Assembly: GCA_021829645.1 (NCBI GenBank)
Contig: JAKBPI010000004.1
Coordinates: 31,750 to 95,749 of the forward strand
Length of the DNA stretch: 64,000 nt
Direction of reading: 5' to 3'
Origin: Actinomycetes bacterium
GTDB taxonomy: Bacteria > Actinomycetota > Acidimicrobiia > Acidimicrobiales > Bog-793
The notes under the pieces are model-generated. The model was not told the origin of the DNA, searched no databases, and saw only the letters and a list, made by a program, of their open reading frames with translations. The translations under genes and the position numbers were made by a program. Positions within the stretch are counted from its first letter, which is position 1; each line of letters begins with the position of its first letter. This document shows positions 19,962 to 30,244 of this stretch, piece by piece.

Positions 19962-20269
19962 TATCTATCCTTCTCTCTCAGTTTAGCGAGGAGTTTCTCT
20001 CTTTCTTTTTCAAGTTGTAAAACAACATCGGCGGCTTTCTGTAAATTCTCCAATGCCAAATTAGCATGTCTGAGCGTCAAGTCGGCTTGTTCTTGGTCGA
20101 ACATAGAACCAGAAACCAAAGCCCTGACTCGTTCATCTTCGGCTATCTCGCAGAGTGTATCAGCCTGTTCTTGCAGTGATGCCAAATTTGACTTTTCTTT
20201 AATTAGGCGATCATTTAGTAGAAACAGACTGTTTTCAATTCTGGAAGTTGAATTAAAAAAAGCCTTTAT
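19961..20269 (-). CDS. Coiled-coil hypothetical protein translationally coupled to the ANTAR regulator; probable ATA start
   Basis: TAATG overlap at 19961; frame open up to ATA 20269, which follows an AGGAG SD by 6 nt; first canonical start is TTG 20185. Confidence 0.7.
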   Translation of the reverse strand: MKAFFNSTSRIENSLFLLNDRLIKEKSNLASLQEQADTLCEIAEDERVRALVSGSMFDQEQADLTLRHANLALENLQKAADVVLQLEKEREKLLAKLREKDR

Positions 20270-20310
20270 TGTGAACTCCTAACCGGTTATGCCCTTTATT
20301 TTATCAAAGC

Positions 20311-21459
20311 TTACTTGTGAAAGAAATGGTGAGCCGGGTAAATACATTCAAAAGGCGATTTTTGCTCCTTTATAAATTCGATGTGCTTCGAATCGAATAT
20401 AGACTCATCTATTAGCCGAACTCCCAGTCCGGTAGTGTTGGGGATCTCAAGATAACCATTTCTTAATAGGTGCGGCGAGGTGATATCTTGCAGGTAGTAA
20501 TTTTGAGAAGGACCGATGTCGCTTCCCAAAGTAATCGTTTCCAAAGATGCCATGGCCAAAGAAACCGCTCTGGCGATACCGGCTTCATACATACCTCCGA
20601 GCGAAGTTTGAAGGCGATATTGATGTGCTAAATCTAAGGCGGCTAAACTGGGGATAACACCACCAAGTCTGGATGGCTTAATTACTATTCCGCTGCCGAG
20701 TTGCAACTCTCCGATTGTGGCGATTTGTAGTAAGTCCGATACTGATTCGTCTAAAAGCAGGTGACAACCTATATTTTTCTTTAGTTGTGTCAGATATAGA
20801 ATTTGATCACGTGGTATGGGCTGCTCAATCGCAATAATTCGTTCATCAAAGTTACCGATTGATATGAGGGTATCTAGGTCATGCTTATCTAAAGAATAAG
20901 ACTCATTGGCGTCTAGAAATATTTCTAAGTTTGTTTCATTTGGGTAGGCAGAAAAAATAGCTTTAACAAGATTCATGTCGTAAGCAGGATATATTTTGCA
21001 TTTTATTCTCCTGTAACCTTTGCTCAGGGCATCCCCTATGGCAGAAATAGTATTTTGAATATCGTCAGAGATACCGATTGTCATACCGGCCGGAATAGTG
21101 GTTTTTGTGGGTTGTCCATGTGTTAGGAAAGAAAGTAAGGAAATATTTTGTGATTTGGTCAAAAGATCTAAAAGGGCCATTTCAACGGCTGCTTTGGCTT
21201 GCGAGTAGCCCTTGAGTTTGTTGAAAAACGTCAGTATGGTATGCAGTGTCGTTGGAAAAGGAAGAGTTATAATGTGGGGTAGCAGAAAATCTTTCAAAAC
21301 AAAATCAGAGACGGATAAATATTCGGGAGAATAATAAGGATCTCCTAGCGCAGAGCATTCACCGATACCCTTACCAATGGAGGTATCGATCTTTATCAGT
21401 AGCACAGGTCGCCAAGAGACAATTCCATGAGCAGTTTGAATCGGTTCTCGTAGCCGCAA
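20311..21459 (-). CDS. menC: o-succinylbenzoate synthase / N-acylamino acid racemase (enolase superfamily); true start probably further upstream
   Basis: GIGEC, AKAAVEMALLD, RIKCKI, LDANE, IEQP, LDES, IKPSRLGG, GGMYEAG. Confidence 0.85.
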   Translation of the reverse strand: MRLREPIQTAHGIVSWRPVLLIKIDTSIGKGIGECSALGDPYYSPEYLSVSDFVLKDFLLPHIITLPFPTTLHTILTFFNKLKGYSQAKAAVEMALLDLLTKSQNISLLSFLTHGQPTKTTIPAGMTIGISDDIQNTISAIGDALSKGYRRIKCKIYPAYDMNLVKAIFSAYPNETNLEIFLDANESYSLDKHDLDTLISIGNFDERIIAIEQPIPRDQILYLTQLKKNIGCHLLLDESVSDLLQIATIGELQLGSGIVIKPSRLGGVIPSLAALDLAHQYRLQTSLGGMYEAGIARAVSLAMASLETITLGSDIGPSQNYYLQDITSPHLLRNGYLEIPNTTGLGVRLIDESIFDSKHIEFIKEQKSPFECIYPAHHFFHK

Positions 21460-21575
21460 GTCAACGCGTACTGTTGAGATCTTGTCGATTGTGAAAGGTA
21501 AATTCGTTAATTCTCCAGAATTAATTTTGATAATTACTCCTTTAGCGTATGGAAAGCATGTAACCTCTAAACATT

Positions 21576-21658
<83 letters not shown>

Positions 21659-21946
21659 CATTCACCATAGCTATACTTTATATCCTTAGCAGTTCTTTTT
21701 TACTGATACAGACAATTGGGGATACGTCTCTTTCTAATTACCGCATCTAATAACAATTTTGAGTCCCAATGTTTACAGAAAAGTTACAATAAAAATACGT
21801 CTTTTCGTGTAATGCTTTTGTAATCTGATGCCGGATAATTATTAATGTTTATATTGATTTTTTTGATAATATGTTTTGATAAAATACTACAATTAAAAAA
21901 TAATATTTATTAGTTGACATCAATGATTTCAGTGGGAGAATCATCA

Positions 21947-22321
21947 ATGCCTATCAAAACAGTGACACAAAATTTTTGTGATGTATGCTACAAAGAGTAT
22001 CCGAATCAGCTGGTTGATGCCACAAGTAAACTTAGATTTACATGGCAGAGTAAATCGTACGTTATATTGACCTGTGATCAACACACCATAGAAATGGTCG
22101 AACAATTTAACAAACTTTTAGCATTTGCTTCACCTGAAGGAAAAGCTCAACCCTCACCCAAAACACAAGGGCAATCACAACATGTTATCAAGAACAAGTC
22201 TGCATTTTCTTCTTTGTCAGCATCAGAAAAGGATCGCTTTCGCTCTTGGGTGCACATGCCGAACGCCAGACATATATCCGATGCACGGGTTTACGAATGG
22301 ATAGCATTAGGAAAACCGTAA
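21947..22321 (+). CDS. Lsr2-like nucleoid-associated protein with CxxC...CxxH
   Basis: SD GGGAG before ATG 21947; Lsr2-like layout (KTVTQNFCD, LRFTWQSKSYVI, linker, FRSW...RHISDARVYEW). Confidence 0.6.
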   Translation: MPIKTVTQNFCDVCYKEYPNQLVDATSKLRFTWQSKSYVILTCDQHTIEMVEQFNKLLAFASPEGKAQPSPKTQGQSQHVIKNKSAFSSLSASEKDRFRSWVHMPNARHISDARVYEWIALGKP

Positions 22322-22326
22322 CACGA

Positions 22327-22354
22327 TTTTGAGCATACATTTTTGAGCATACAT
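22327..22354. repeat. 14-bp tandem duplication
   Basis: TTTTGAGCATACAT x2 just after the Lsr2-like stop. Confidence 0.85.
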
Positions 22355-22456
22355 TCCACTTTCGTTACTTTAGTAATGCTGATGTTTTATAAGCTAATAC
22401 GTGAAAAAATAAAAATATTTATAATTTATAAATAAAAAAATATACAAAGGAATCTT

Positions 22457-23797
22457 TTATTTTTCTGTTGAAAAATATTGACTTACAAATTGTGCCAAGA
22501 CTCCCGGTAAAGAAAACGATGGGTAAATAGCCGCGGCCACTCCTTCACACATAACTATTGCTTTTACCAAAAGAAATAGCTCGGATGGAAAAATTAATTT
22601 ATACTTATGTCCTACTTTAAACACGTCTAAAAAAAGTGGACCAAGTTTTATATTGCGCAATTCTGTCAACATATAGCTTTTTGTCAGACGTTCCAATTCG
22701 TCAATAAATGTGTCCGGTAACTTATCGTCGGCAATTCCTAGGGCAGCTAATGCTCGCGCACTGGCTTTCATGTCTAATTTTGTTATCGAGATTGCTATTG
22801 CTACGAGATTGTTTAGCATTTTTTCATCAATAGACCCGACCATTCCGAAATCGATGAAAGCCAATTTATGGTTTTCGAGTACTAAAATATTTCCAGGATG
22901 TGGATCAGCATGGTAAAAACCGTGAATAAACACCATATAAAGGTAGCTTTTTGTAAAATCGGAAGCAATTCTATAGTTGTCAACTGCGGCGAGCCCCAGT
23001 TCTGGCAGTTTGTCTAATGTAACACCGTTAAATTTTTCCAAGACTATCACCCGCGAAGTGAGGTATTCCCCATAGACTTGAGGAACTTTGACGTCTATTT
23101 CTTTCAGTATTGCTAGAAATTTTCTGCAGTTATCTGCTTCGTTCAGATAATCAATTTCATGGAGTATAGTCATGGCAAATTCAGCAATAAAACCTTTGAT
23201 ATCAAGACGTTGCAAAATGCCTACGCGGAAGAAATGAAATTTACCTGCATATTTTAGAATTGCTAAATCTATGTAAATCTGTTCTCTGACGTTGGGCTTG
23301 ATGACTTTCACAATGACGTCATCACCGTTTTTGAGAGACGCAGAATGGACTTGGCCGATTGACGCGCTGGCCAAGGGTGTTTCGTCAAAAGATAAAAATA
23401 CTTCGTTTATATTTGACCCCAACTCTTGCTCAATGATGGCTTTTATTTTTGCTGCATTTTCAGGTAAAGCGTGGTCTTGAAGAAGTGATAGAGCTGATAT
23501 AACGGATTCTGGCAAGATGTCTGCTCTCGTAGAGAGTACTTGAGCCAGTTTTATGAACGTAGGACCAAGTAGCGAGAACGCCGTTATTAGTCTTATATTC
23601 AGTACCTCACGAAAATAACTATTATCGTGAGGTACTGAATATCCTTTGTCGTCGTGTATTCCTTCTCGGTGATTGTGAGAGGTATTTCGAGTCTTGGTAG
23701 CAAGATATTTTGAAAAGAGTTGTTTCTGTTTTAAAAACATTACTCGCAAGTGTTCAATGGTAATTGCGACAATAAAGATTAAGGTTTGAGTCGTCAT
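22457..23797 (-). CDS. ABC1/UbiB/AarF-family atypical protein kinase
   Basis: LGPTFIKLAQVLSTRAD, PLASASIGQVH, VIVKV, YHADPHPGN, IDFGMVG. Confidence 0.93.
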   Translation of the reverse strand: MTTQTLIFIVAITIEHLRVMFLKQKQLFSKYLATKTRNTSHNHREGIHDDKGYSVPHDNSYFREVLNIRLITAFSLLGPTFIKLAQVLSTRADILPESVISALSLLQDHALPENAAKIKAIIEQELGSNINEVFLSFDETPLASASIGQVHSASLKNGDDVIVKVIKPNVREQIYIDLAILKYAGKFHFFRVGILQRLDIKGFIAEFAMTILHEIDYLNEADNCRKFLAILKEIDVKVPQVYGEYLTSRVIVLEKFNGVTLDKLPELGLAAVDNYRIASDFTKSYLYMVFIHGFYHADPHPGNILVLENHKLAFIDFGMVGSIDEKMLNNLVAIAISITKLDMKASARALAALGIADDKLPDTFIDELERLTKSYMLTELRNIKLGPLFLDVFKVGHKYKLIFPSELFLLVKAIVMCEGVAAAIYPSFSLPGVLAQFVSQYFSTEK

Positions 23798-24161
23798 TAC
23801 CCAGGCAATTTGGATGCTGCGTTTTGTTAAAAGCAGCAGTGTGTGCTGGTAGCGTGTTTTCTCAATAGAAATAGTTTCCCCTTTTAATTAAAATTCTTTA
23901 CAAATATCCTAGGCTCTCAATTGTAACAAATGTGGGATTTTTATTTTTGGTGATCGATCAAGGCTGTGTTCTCAACATAAGAGCGCTTACTGGAGATGGC
24001 GAAAAGTTATCAATGGTCATCTAAACCTCAATGAATGACGATGTGTTGCTATAATCGGCATACTGGCATTTAGTAGTTCATATTCACTGACGCTTTAGCG
24101 CTCAGAGGGTAAAATATATATAAGTTGCAAAATTTTTTGATTTCGGAAGGAGTTTGACCGT

Positions 24162-25385
24162 TTGCTAGCTTTCACCTTTCCAGGACAAGGTTCGCAAAAA
24201 CCCGCAATGGGTTCTGCATGGGTTGACCATCCTTCTTTTGAATTAGCTCATTTAGCTGCAGACATACTCTCAAGAGATATTCCAGGTCTGCTTTTGCATG
24301 CTGACGAAGGAGAACTAAAACAAACCGAGAATTCTCAGACGGCCACTTTTGTGCTTTCCCTGGTCGTATTGGATGCGATCGAACGTTTGGGACTTGAACC
24401 TACAATGGTGGCGGGTCATAGTCTCGGGGAATATACCGCTCTGACCGCAGCAGGTGCTTTGTCGTTTGAAGATGGCGTGAGACTGGTGGGAGAACGCAGT
24501 GCGGCAATGGCAGATGCAGCGTACAATCAACCCGGCTCTATGACGGCTTTGTTGGGAATCAGCGATGAAGATGCCCAGATTGCCTGCAATATGGCAGAGG
24601 GGAACGTATGGCTAGCCAATATGAACTCACCCGGTCAAGTTGTGGTATCTGGCGACGAAGATACTTTAAAAAAAGTAGCCGAGCTAGCCAAACAGATGGG
24701 GGCAAAAAAAGTAATTCCGCTACCGGTAAGCGGAGCATTCCACTCCCCTTTCATGGAGTCGGCCAGGGAGAGATTGCGTAAAGCTCTTGCTGAGGTGTCT
24801 TTTCGTAACGCATCACCGGAGGTTGTCACCAATATTGACGCGAAGCCTCACTTCAAAGCAGAAGAGTGGCCTCGTGTTCTCTCGGCGCAGCTGTGTTCGC
24901 CTGTGAGGTGGCACCAGAGCTTAACCGAGCTCTACTCGCGCGGTATGAGAACATTTATTGAAATAGGTCCAGGCAGTGTCTTGACGGGTCTTGCAAAAAA
25001 AACTTTGCAAAATACCGATGAACCTATACTGGCTCTTAATGTTTCTATACCTTCCGATCTTGAAAACTTGCTGGAAAGACTCTCCGGACAACAGATTACC
25101 GAAAAAAATGCAAACCCGTCTCTCTATACGATGACGGAGAGGCTTGTCGTCTCGCCAGGTGTAGGGCGTTTTAAGGCAGCTGAGCATCTATTGGAAACTT
25201 TGCCAAAACTCACTCAGGACGAGAATCACCTGATTGAAATATCAGCCGGTGATCTAATAGGTTGGAGTGGCGAACAAGAAATCAGAACCCCATTTTCTGG
25301 CATTTTACACGGAATTTTAGTTCTTGAAGGAGAGCGCTTGGTAGCCGGACAGCCTGTTGCTTGGTTGCGGTCAACCGACGTTTGA
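24162..25385 (+). CDS. fabD: Malonyl-CoA:ACP transacylase with a C-terminal biotinyl/lipoyl-like domain
   Basis: FPGQGSQ, GHSLGEY, AFHS, SPVRW, EIGPG; about 90 aa C-terminal extension. Confidence 0.93.
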   Translation: MLAFTFPGQGSQKPAMGSAWVDHPSFELAHLAADILSRDIPGLLLHADEGELKQTENSQTATFVLSLVVLDAIERLGLEPTMVAGHSLGEYTALTAAGALSFEDGVRLVGERSAAMADAAYNQPGSMTALLGISDEDAQIACNMAEGNVWLANMNSPGQVVVSGDEDTLKKVAELAKQMGAKKVIPLPVSGAFHSPFMESARERLRKALAEVSFRNASPEVVTNIDAKPHFKAEEWPRVLSAQLCSPVRWHQSLTELYSRGMRTFIEIGPGSVLTGLAKKTLQNTDEPILALNVSIPSDLENLLERLSGQQITEKNANPSLYTMTERLVVSPGVGRFKAAEHLLETLPKLTQDENHLIEISAGDLIGWSGEQEIRTPFSGILHGILVLEGERLVAGQPVAWLRSTDV

Positions 25386-25611
25386 TCCATTCCTCCGGTG
25401 AGCTGAATTTTTTAATCACACATCTGTCTTGTCGTAAAGACACAGCGCTAAATTGAGTTATTTTCCGTCAAGTGTGTCTTGAAATTGTAAGACATTTCTA
25501 GTTTTGGCTTCAGCTTGTTTTAAAACTTTTTATAATGCTCTCCTGAATATGGAGTTTGAATATCAAAGGCAGTCATTGAATGGTGTCTATGGAAAGTTAT
25601 CGACAAAAGAG

Positions 25612-25685
25612 TGGGCCGTACAGGATTTGAACCTGTGACCACTTGCGTGTCATGCAAGTGCGCTACCAGACTGCGCCAACGGCCC
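25612..25685 (-). tRNA. tRNA-Val(GAC)
   Basis: GGGCCGT...ACGGCCC-A acceptor stem; CTTGC-AT-GAC-AC-GCAAG anticodon arm; GGTTCAAATCC. Confidence 0.96.
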
Positions 25686-26513
25686 ATATGATTATCAACT
25701 ACAATAGCATTGAGATCGTGCCAAGAAGAAAATATTATATATTTTTACGGCTATACAGGTGAACATTAGAATTCGTTATACTCCGTAATGATTTAACTTT
25801 TTCTGATCCTACCCGGCATTACTTAGACACCCGATAAGAGGATAAACTATCGCAGAAAGGATATATATAGTAAAATTATTGCTACTACAACAAAAAAAGG
25901 TTTACTTAATAAATTCAGATTGAGGCAGTTAGCAGAGTAATGGATCTGCAACAGAGGTGTCATACACTATGCCCCAGCACCCTCTCACTGAACACCGTCA
26001 TATGTGAAATTCTACATACTAGACAGCCTTTGATTCATGGTGAAGTAGATAATCTTTCATCTATTCTGGTGTTAGGTATCAAATTGCTGAATGGATTCCT
26101 TTACATATGGATAGATAGCTTCAGTCTGCAAATCTGAAAAGAAGCTTTCGGCTACTTAATTATCAAAGCACCAACCAGTTTTTCACCAGATTGACGTGAT
26201 GAAAAGTTACGGTCTAATAAGTCCTTGGTCCGGTCAATGTAGTCTTTGTGTTAATAGCCACTATTTTAGCTCAATCATTTTCTTTCTAGTAGTTCCTCCG
26301 GAGATCAACTAGCCCTTATCAAACAATGCTACCTAAGCTTTCTAGCCCGTAGTAGATAGCATGAGATTTATTAAATATTCTTTCAATTCGGTATCACAAC
26401 GCAATGGAGCTTTAGTCGATTACATTTCCATCTATAGTACGTTGATCCGTATATCTCAAGAGCATTTAACATCATGTCTAACTGAAACGTTTTGCTGAAA
26501 TCTGTAATGAATT

Positions 26514-26807
26514 TTACCTTCTCGACGACTGCTGTATATTTGTAAAGTAGGCGCTTGCTTTTTTAGAAGTCATTTTCTTGTTTTGGTTCGTTATGGCTCT
26601 TTCAAGGAGTTTCATCTTTTCAAAAGCTTTAAATGAATCCGGTTCGTCAATGCTTGATTGACGTTTGTTGTAAGGTATTACCCGGTTCATAAGTCGTCGA
26701 ATTAATCCCTAAATCAACTGCTCGGTTTTTAACTGATTTGACAGATGTTTTCTGGTACTGAATTACGTCATCTTTATATGCTGAACTCTATTAATTTTAG
26801 CACCCAT
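26514..26807 (-). pseudogene. Frameshifted gene relic of unknown function
   Basis: Strong SD AAAGGAG before ATG 26807, early stop, and protein-like continuation in shifted frames. Confidence 0.3.
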
Positions 26808-27074
26808 TGACTTTTCTCCTTTTTTGAATCATAGGATTCTCTTGTTAGTTATTTCAATTATGGGTACTAGGGCAGATTACCAAAGGATTGGGATTACGAA
26901 ACTAAACAATCACGAGCCAAGACCATTAAATCCCTTGGTTATGTCGATCAACCAGCAAAGGACTTTACCAATTCAAGAGCTCATTTCGAAAAGGTAGCCA
27001 GTATTTCATTAACTAAAAAGCAGGAATTGTGGAATAAATCGGTACCTACTTGGTCTTAGAGAATTTCATTTAAC

Positions 27075-27866
27075 TTAGGAAATTTTTCTACTTCTCCTAA
27101 TTCTTATGGCATCTCTGATTAATTTTGCACTATCAATTAACTTGACGCGAGAGTCACCTACAGCGGTTATAGTAGTTGGCTCTTCAAGGATCTTTAGCCC
27201 CCCGTGTTTATATGCAATATGCAATACCTCGGCAGGAGTTGCGTAACCGTTTGTTTTCGATTGGTTAACCCAAATATTAAAAATAGATTGGTTAAATGCC
27301 ATTGCGCCAGCCAATGGATCGGTTGCTCCAGTGGGTGCTATAAAATTAAATAGCCGTTGGGCAATCGGGTGTGCGATATCTCGCCAATTTATAGAGTGGT
27401 CTCCGCTTGAAATACTTTTAACAACTTTTATGGGATGTCTTAATTCTTCTAAGCTTGAACTTAGGATACGTTTAGCTATAGCAATATCAGCACCTTCTTG
27501 AACGCTAGATATAAGTTGTTGTATTGATTGCGTAGAGTATTGACCATCGGCATCTGCAAAGGCAATAGTAAGGTTTGAGTAATCAGTATATTTTGCCATA
27601 ACTTCTCGAACACCGCTTCTTATGGCCGCACCTTTGCCCATATTGTGAGTATGAGAATAAACGTGCCAACCGTTTTCTATGGCTAGTTCTGCTGTTCCGT
27701 CATTAGAGCCATCATCAACTACAATACCTAGAAACCTGCCGGGATACTCATTGCTAAATGATTCAGCTATGCTAGTTAAATTAGCCCTAAAGGGATCGCC
27801 ATTTAGTCTTGTAGCTTCCCTGTATGCAGGTAAGACTATAGCCACCTCTAGGTTTTGCATGTTCAT
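27075..27866 (-). CDS. GT2 glycosyltransferase (polyprenyl-phosphate sugar synthase-like), divergent
   Basis: VLPAYREA, VVDDGSNDGT, NMGKGAAIRSG, FADADG; ATG 27866 lies 7 nt after TATAAT; the longer ORF call runs into an IS end. Confidence 0.85.
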   Translation of the reverse strand: MNMQNLEVAIVLPAYREATRLNGDPFRANLTSIAESFSNEYPGRFLGIVVDDGSNDGTAELAIENGWHVYSHTHNMGKGAAIRSGVREVMAKYTDYSNLTIAFADADGQYSTQSIQQLISSVQEGADIAIAKRILSSSLEELRHPIKVVKSISSGDHSINWRDIAHPIAQRLFNFIAPTGATDPLAGAMAFNQSIFNIWVNQSKTNGYATPAEVLHIAYKHGGLKILEEPTTITAVGDSRVKLIDSAKLIRDAIRIRRSRKIS

Positions 27867-27937
27867 AAGTCCTATTATATTCCGACTTTGGCACTTAAAC
27901 CAAAGAAAACGCCTCATTATCAAGTGTGGGTAGATAC

Positions 27938-28072
27938 TGAGGTTACCCAGAAAAATAGACACTCAAGTTATGCACGGCACTTAGTCCGTAGCCGGGAGTT
28001 ATCTGGACTCATACAATCTGTGTGCCGTTGACGTCTTGTAGTGTTATAAAAACGGATATATTTCATAACTCC
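27938..28072 (-). mobile_element. Right-end fragment of an IS3-family element
   Basis: Minus strand encodes YIRFYNTTRRQRH...MSP (IS3 OrfB C-terminus), then a terminal repeat ending ...GGTAACCTCA. Confidence 0.65.
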
Positions 28073-28185
28073 TGTTTTTAGTTCATCAATTGTCGAAAAG
28101 CTATGACGGTAATAGTATTCATGCTTAAAAATAGATCAAAATGATTCTGTGTGGCGTGATCATAATACGAATTCACTGTCCCCCC

Positions 28186-29075
28186 TGTCAGCCTTGATTA
28201 GGACAGTTCTCCACTAGAAATATCAGAGCAATGAGGGGATAAAGGACAGGGACAATAAAGACAGACAACAACGAAATAACCATGACATCGGACTCGAACC
28301 AGAAATACCACTACTAGAGCCGGGAAGGAAGCCGAGTTTCCTAGGACTTTCAACGTCGAGCTGTGGCTTACTATGAATCCTAACAGAAGATGGGTCACGC
28401 GGAGGATCTAAGGAGAAGCGTATTAACTCATCTCCTTAGAGCGGGTGAATCACCAAGACTTGGAGAAAGCCTATTACCCGGTTGTACGTGAAAATACACA
28501 CTAAAGGCTCGTGTGGGTCAACTATAAGCATGAACTTATGCGAGTAAATACCGTTATTGAGGTCTAAAAAAGTATCAGCACTTCTAGAAAACTTGTCGCT
28601 ACCTCAGCCATGAATGGGGTAATAAGAGATCCCATAAGAGAACTCTCTCCGACGATCCCAATCACAAAAGCAGCGGAACCATTGGGAGTTTCAAGGTCTT
28701 TGGCTTACTACCGGCTAGTCCCAAAAGAGTACCACCACAAATAAGAGCTTCTTCTATCTATATGTGATTATCGACCTCTGCAGCCGCTTTATGTCTGGGT
28801 GGTGTCTGGAAGTCGTTGAAGATAAAGACCTGACACGAGAACTCTTTGAAAAGACCTGCCAAAACCAGGGGCTTTGACAGTGCACTAGACAACGGTCCCC
28901 GGATGAGATCTGATGCAATGAAGAAGTTCTATCTATTGCCGGTATTACAAAAAGTAGGTCCGGACCACAGATATCGAACGACAACCCTATTCGGAAGCAC
29001 TTTCTAAGACCACAAAGTATGTTTCTAGCTATCCCGGATCATTGAAGAGGTGAGCCTCCCCAATATTGGTAGACA
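28186..29075 (+). mobile_element. Degraded IS3-family element
   Basis: TGTC...GACA ends; broken frames give YLYVIIDLCSRFMSGW, DNGP, SNDNP and SEALSKTTKY (DDE core). Confidence 0.8.
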
Positions 29076-29096
29076 CATCTTTATCACGTACATACA

Positions 29097-30244
29097 TGTC
29101 AAGGTCCCTATATTCTGGACATGTTGTCAAAATTGAGACAGAGAACAGAATTGGAGGGTACAGATGGCACAAGGAAAACATGTTAGTGTCGAGACAAAAG
29201 CAGAGATTGTCCGAAGAATTCGTGATGATGGGATGAGTGTGCGAGATGTTGCAGAGCCTACGAACTAGCACGGCAACCATTTACTATTGGCTCAAAGATA
29301 CCGTCGTGGATAACAATACAAACCTCATCCTTGAGAACAAACGGCTCAAGAAAGAAAATGAACAGTTGTATGGATGTTAGGAGAGCTACCGAGAAATGAG
29401 CGCCCAAAAAGATAGCCATTCCAGAAGAGGTCGAACCAAGGGCAGAAGCACTTCACTGAAGTAGTAGGCCTGACTAGATCTACGACATACACAACACGAC
29501 AGAAAGCACGAGATACTGAAAGTATTGCAGCATTGCTCGCCGTCCACGATGACCATCCATTGTATGGTGTTCGTCGGTTATCCATTGAGCTTGGATAAAG
29601 TCTCAACAAAGTACGACGCATTGCTGTCAGGTTGGGCTTGTTATCCAATACCCAATGAAGAAGCACAAATACAGTCATGCTGCACCAGAGAGATTGCCGT
29701 CCCTTGGAATATTCTGGGAAGGTTTGCAACCTTTGAGAACGAGGCGTGAACACAAGACGATATGAGCTATGTAGGGATGACGATGGTATTACCTTCGATG
29801 GTGGTGGATCTTGCGAACGCGACAGATTATTGGATAGTCATTTGGTGAACGCCACACGAGCGATTTGACGTACCGAGCACTGATGGATGGATTGAGCAAA
29901 TACCCCGCTTTGAGTATTGTGCATTCGGACCAAGGAAGTGAATACTTGAGGAACAGCACAGTAAGTTCTATTCATCCCATAATATCTAGTTGTCGTGCAG
30001 TAAGAAAGTAAGCCCATGGCAGAACGGATACATAAAACGGTTCTTTTTGAAACCTTCAAGAGGAGCTTGGTGCTTTGTCTACGTATCCAGATGTCGCTTA
30101 TCTGCTTGAAGGGATTGCCTTGAAGGTCTTTTATTACAACAACCGACGCATTCACACCGCACCTAGGACCGCTCCTCGTGCGTATACTGACGCCCACCCC
30201 AATCCCAAATTAGATACCCTGTCTATTTTTTAGGGACCTTGACA
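29097..30244 (+). mobile_element. IS3-family element with both ends intact and a pseudogenised orfA/orfB
   Basis: 25-bp terminal inverted repeats (TGTCAAGGTCCCTA..., 20/25 match); orfA MAQGKHVSVETKAEIVRRIRDDGMSV...LILENKRLKKENEQLY; orfB fragments DHPLYGVRRL, SPWQNG, YNNRRIHTA; many frameshifts. Confidence 0.92.

Noticed and set aside
21659-24100. Integrative island at tRNA-Leu(CAA)
   Set aside because: AT-rich, but I found no duplicated tRNA 3' end and no integrase.
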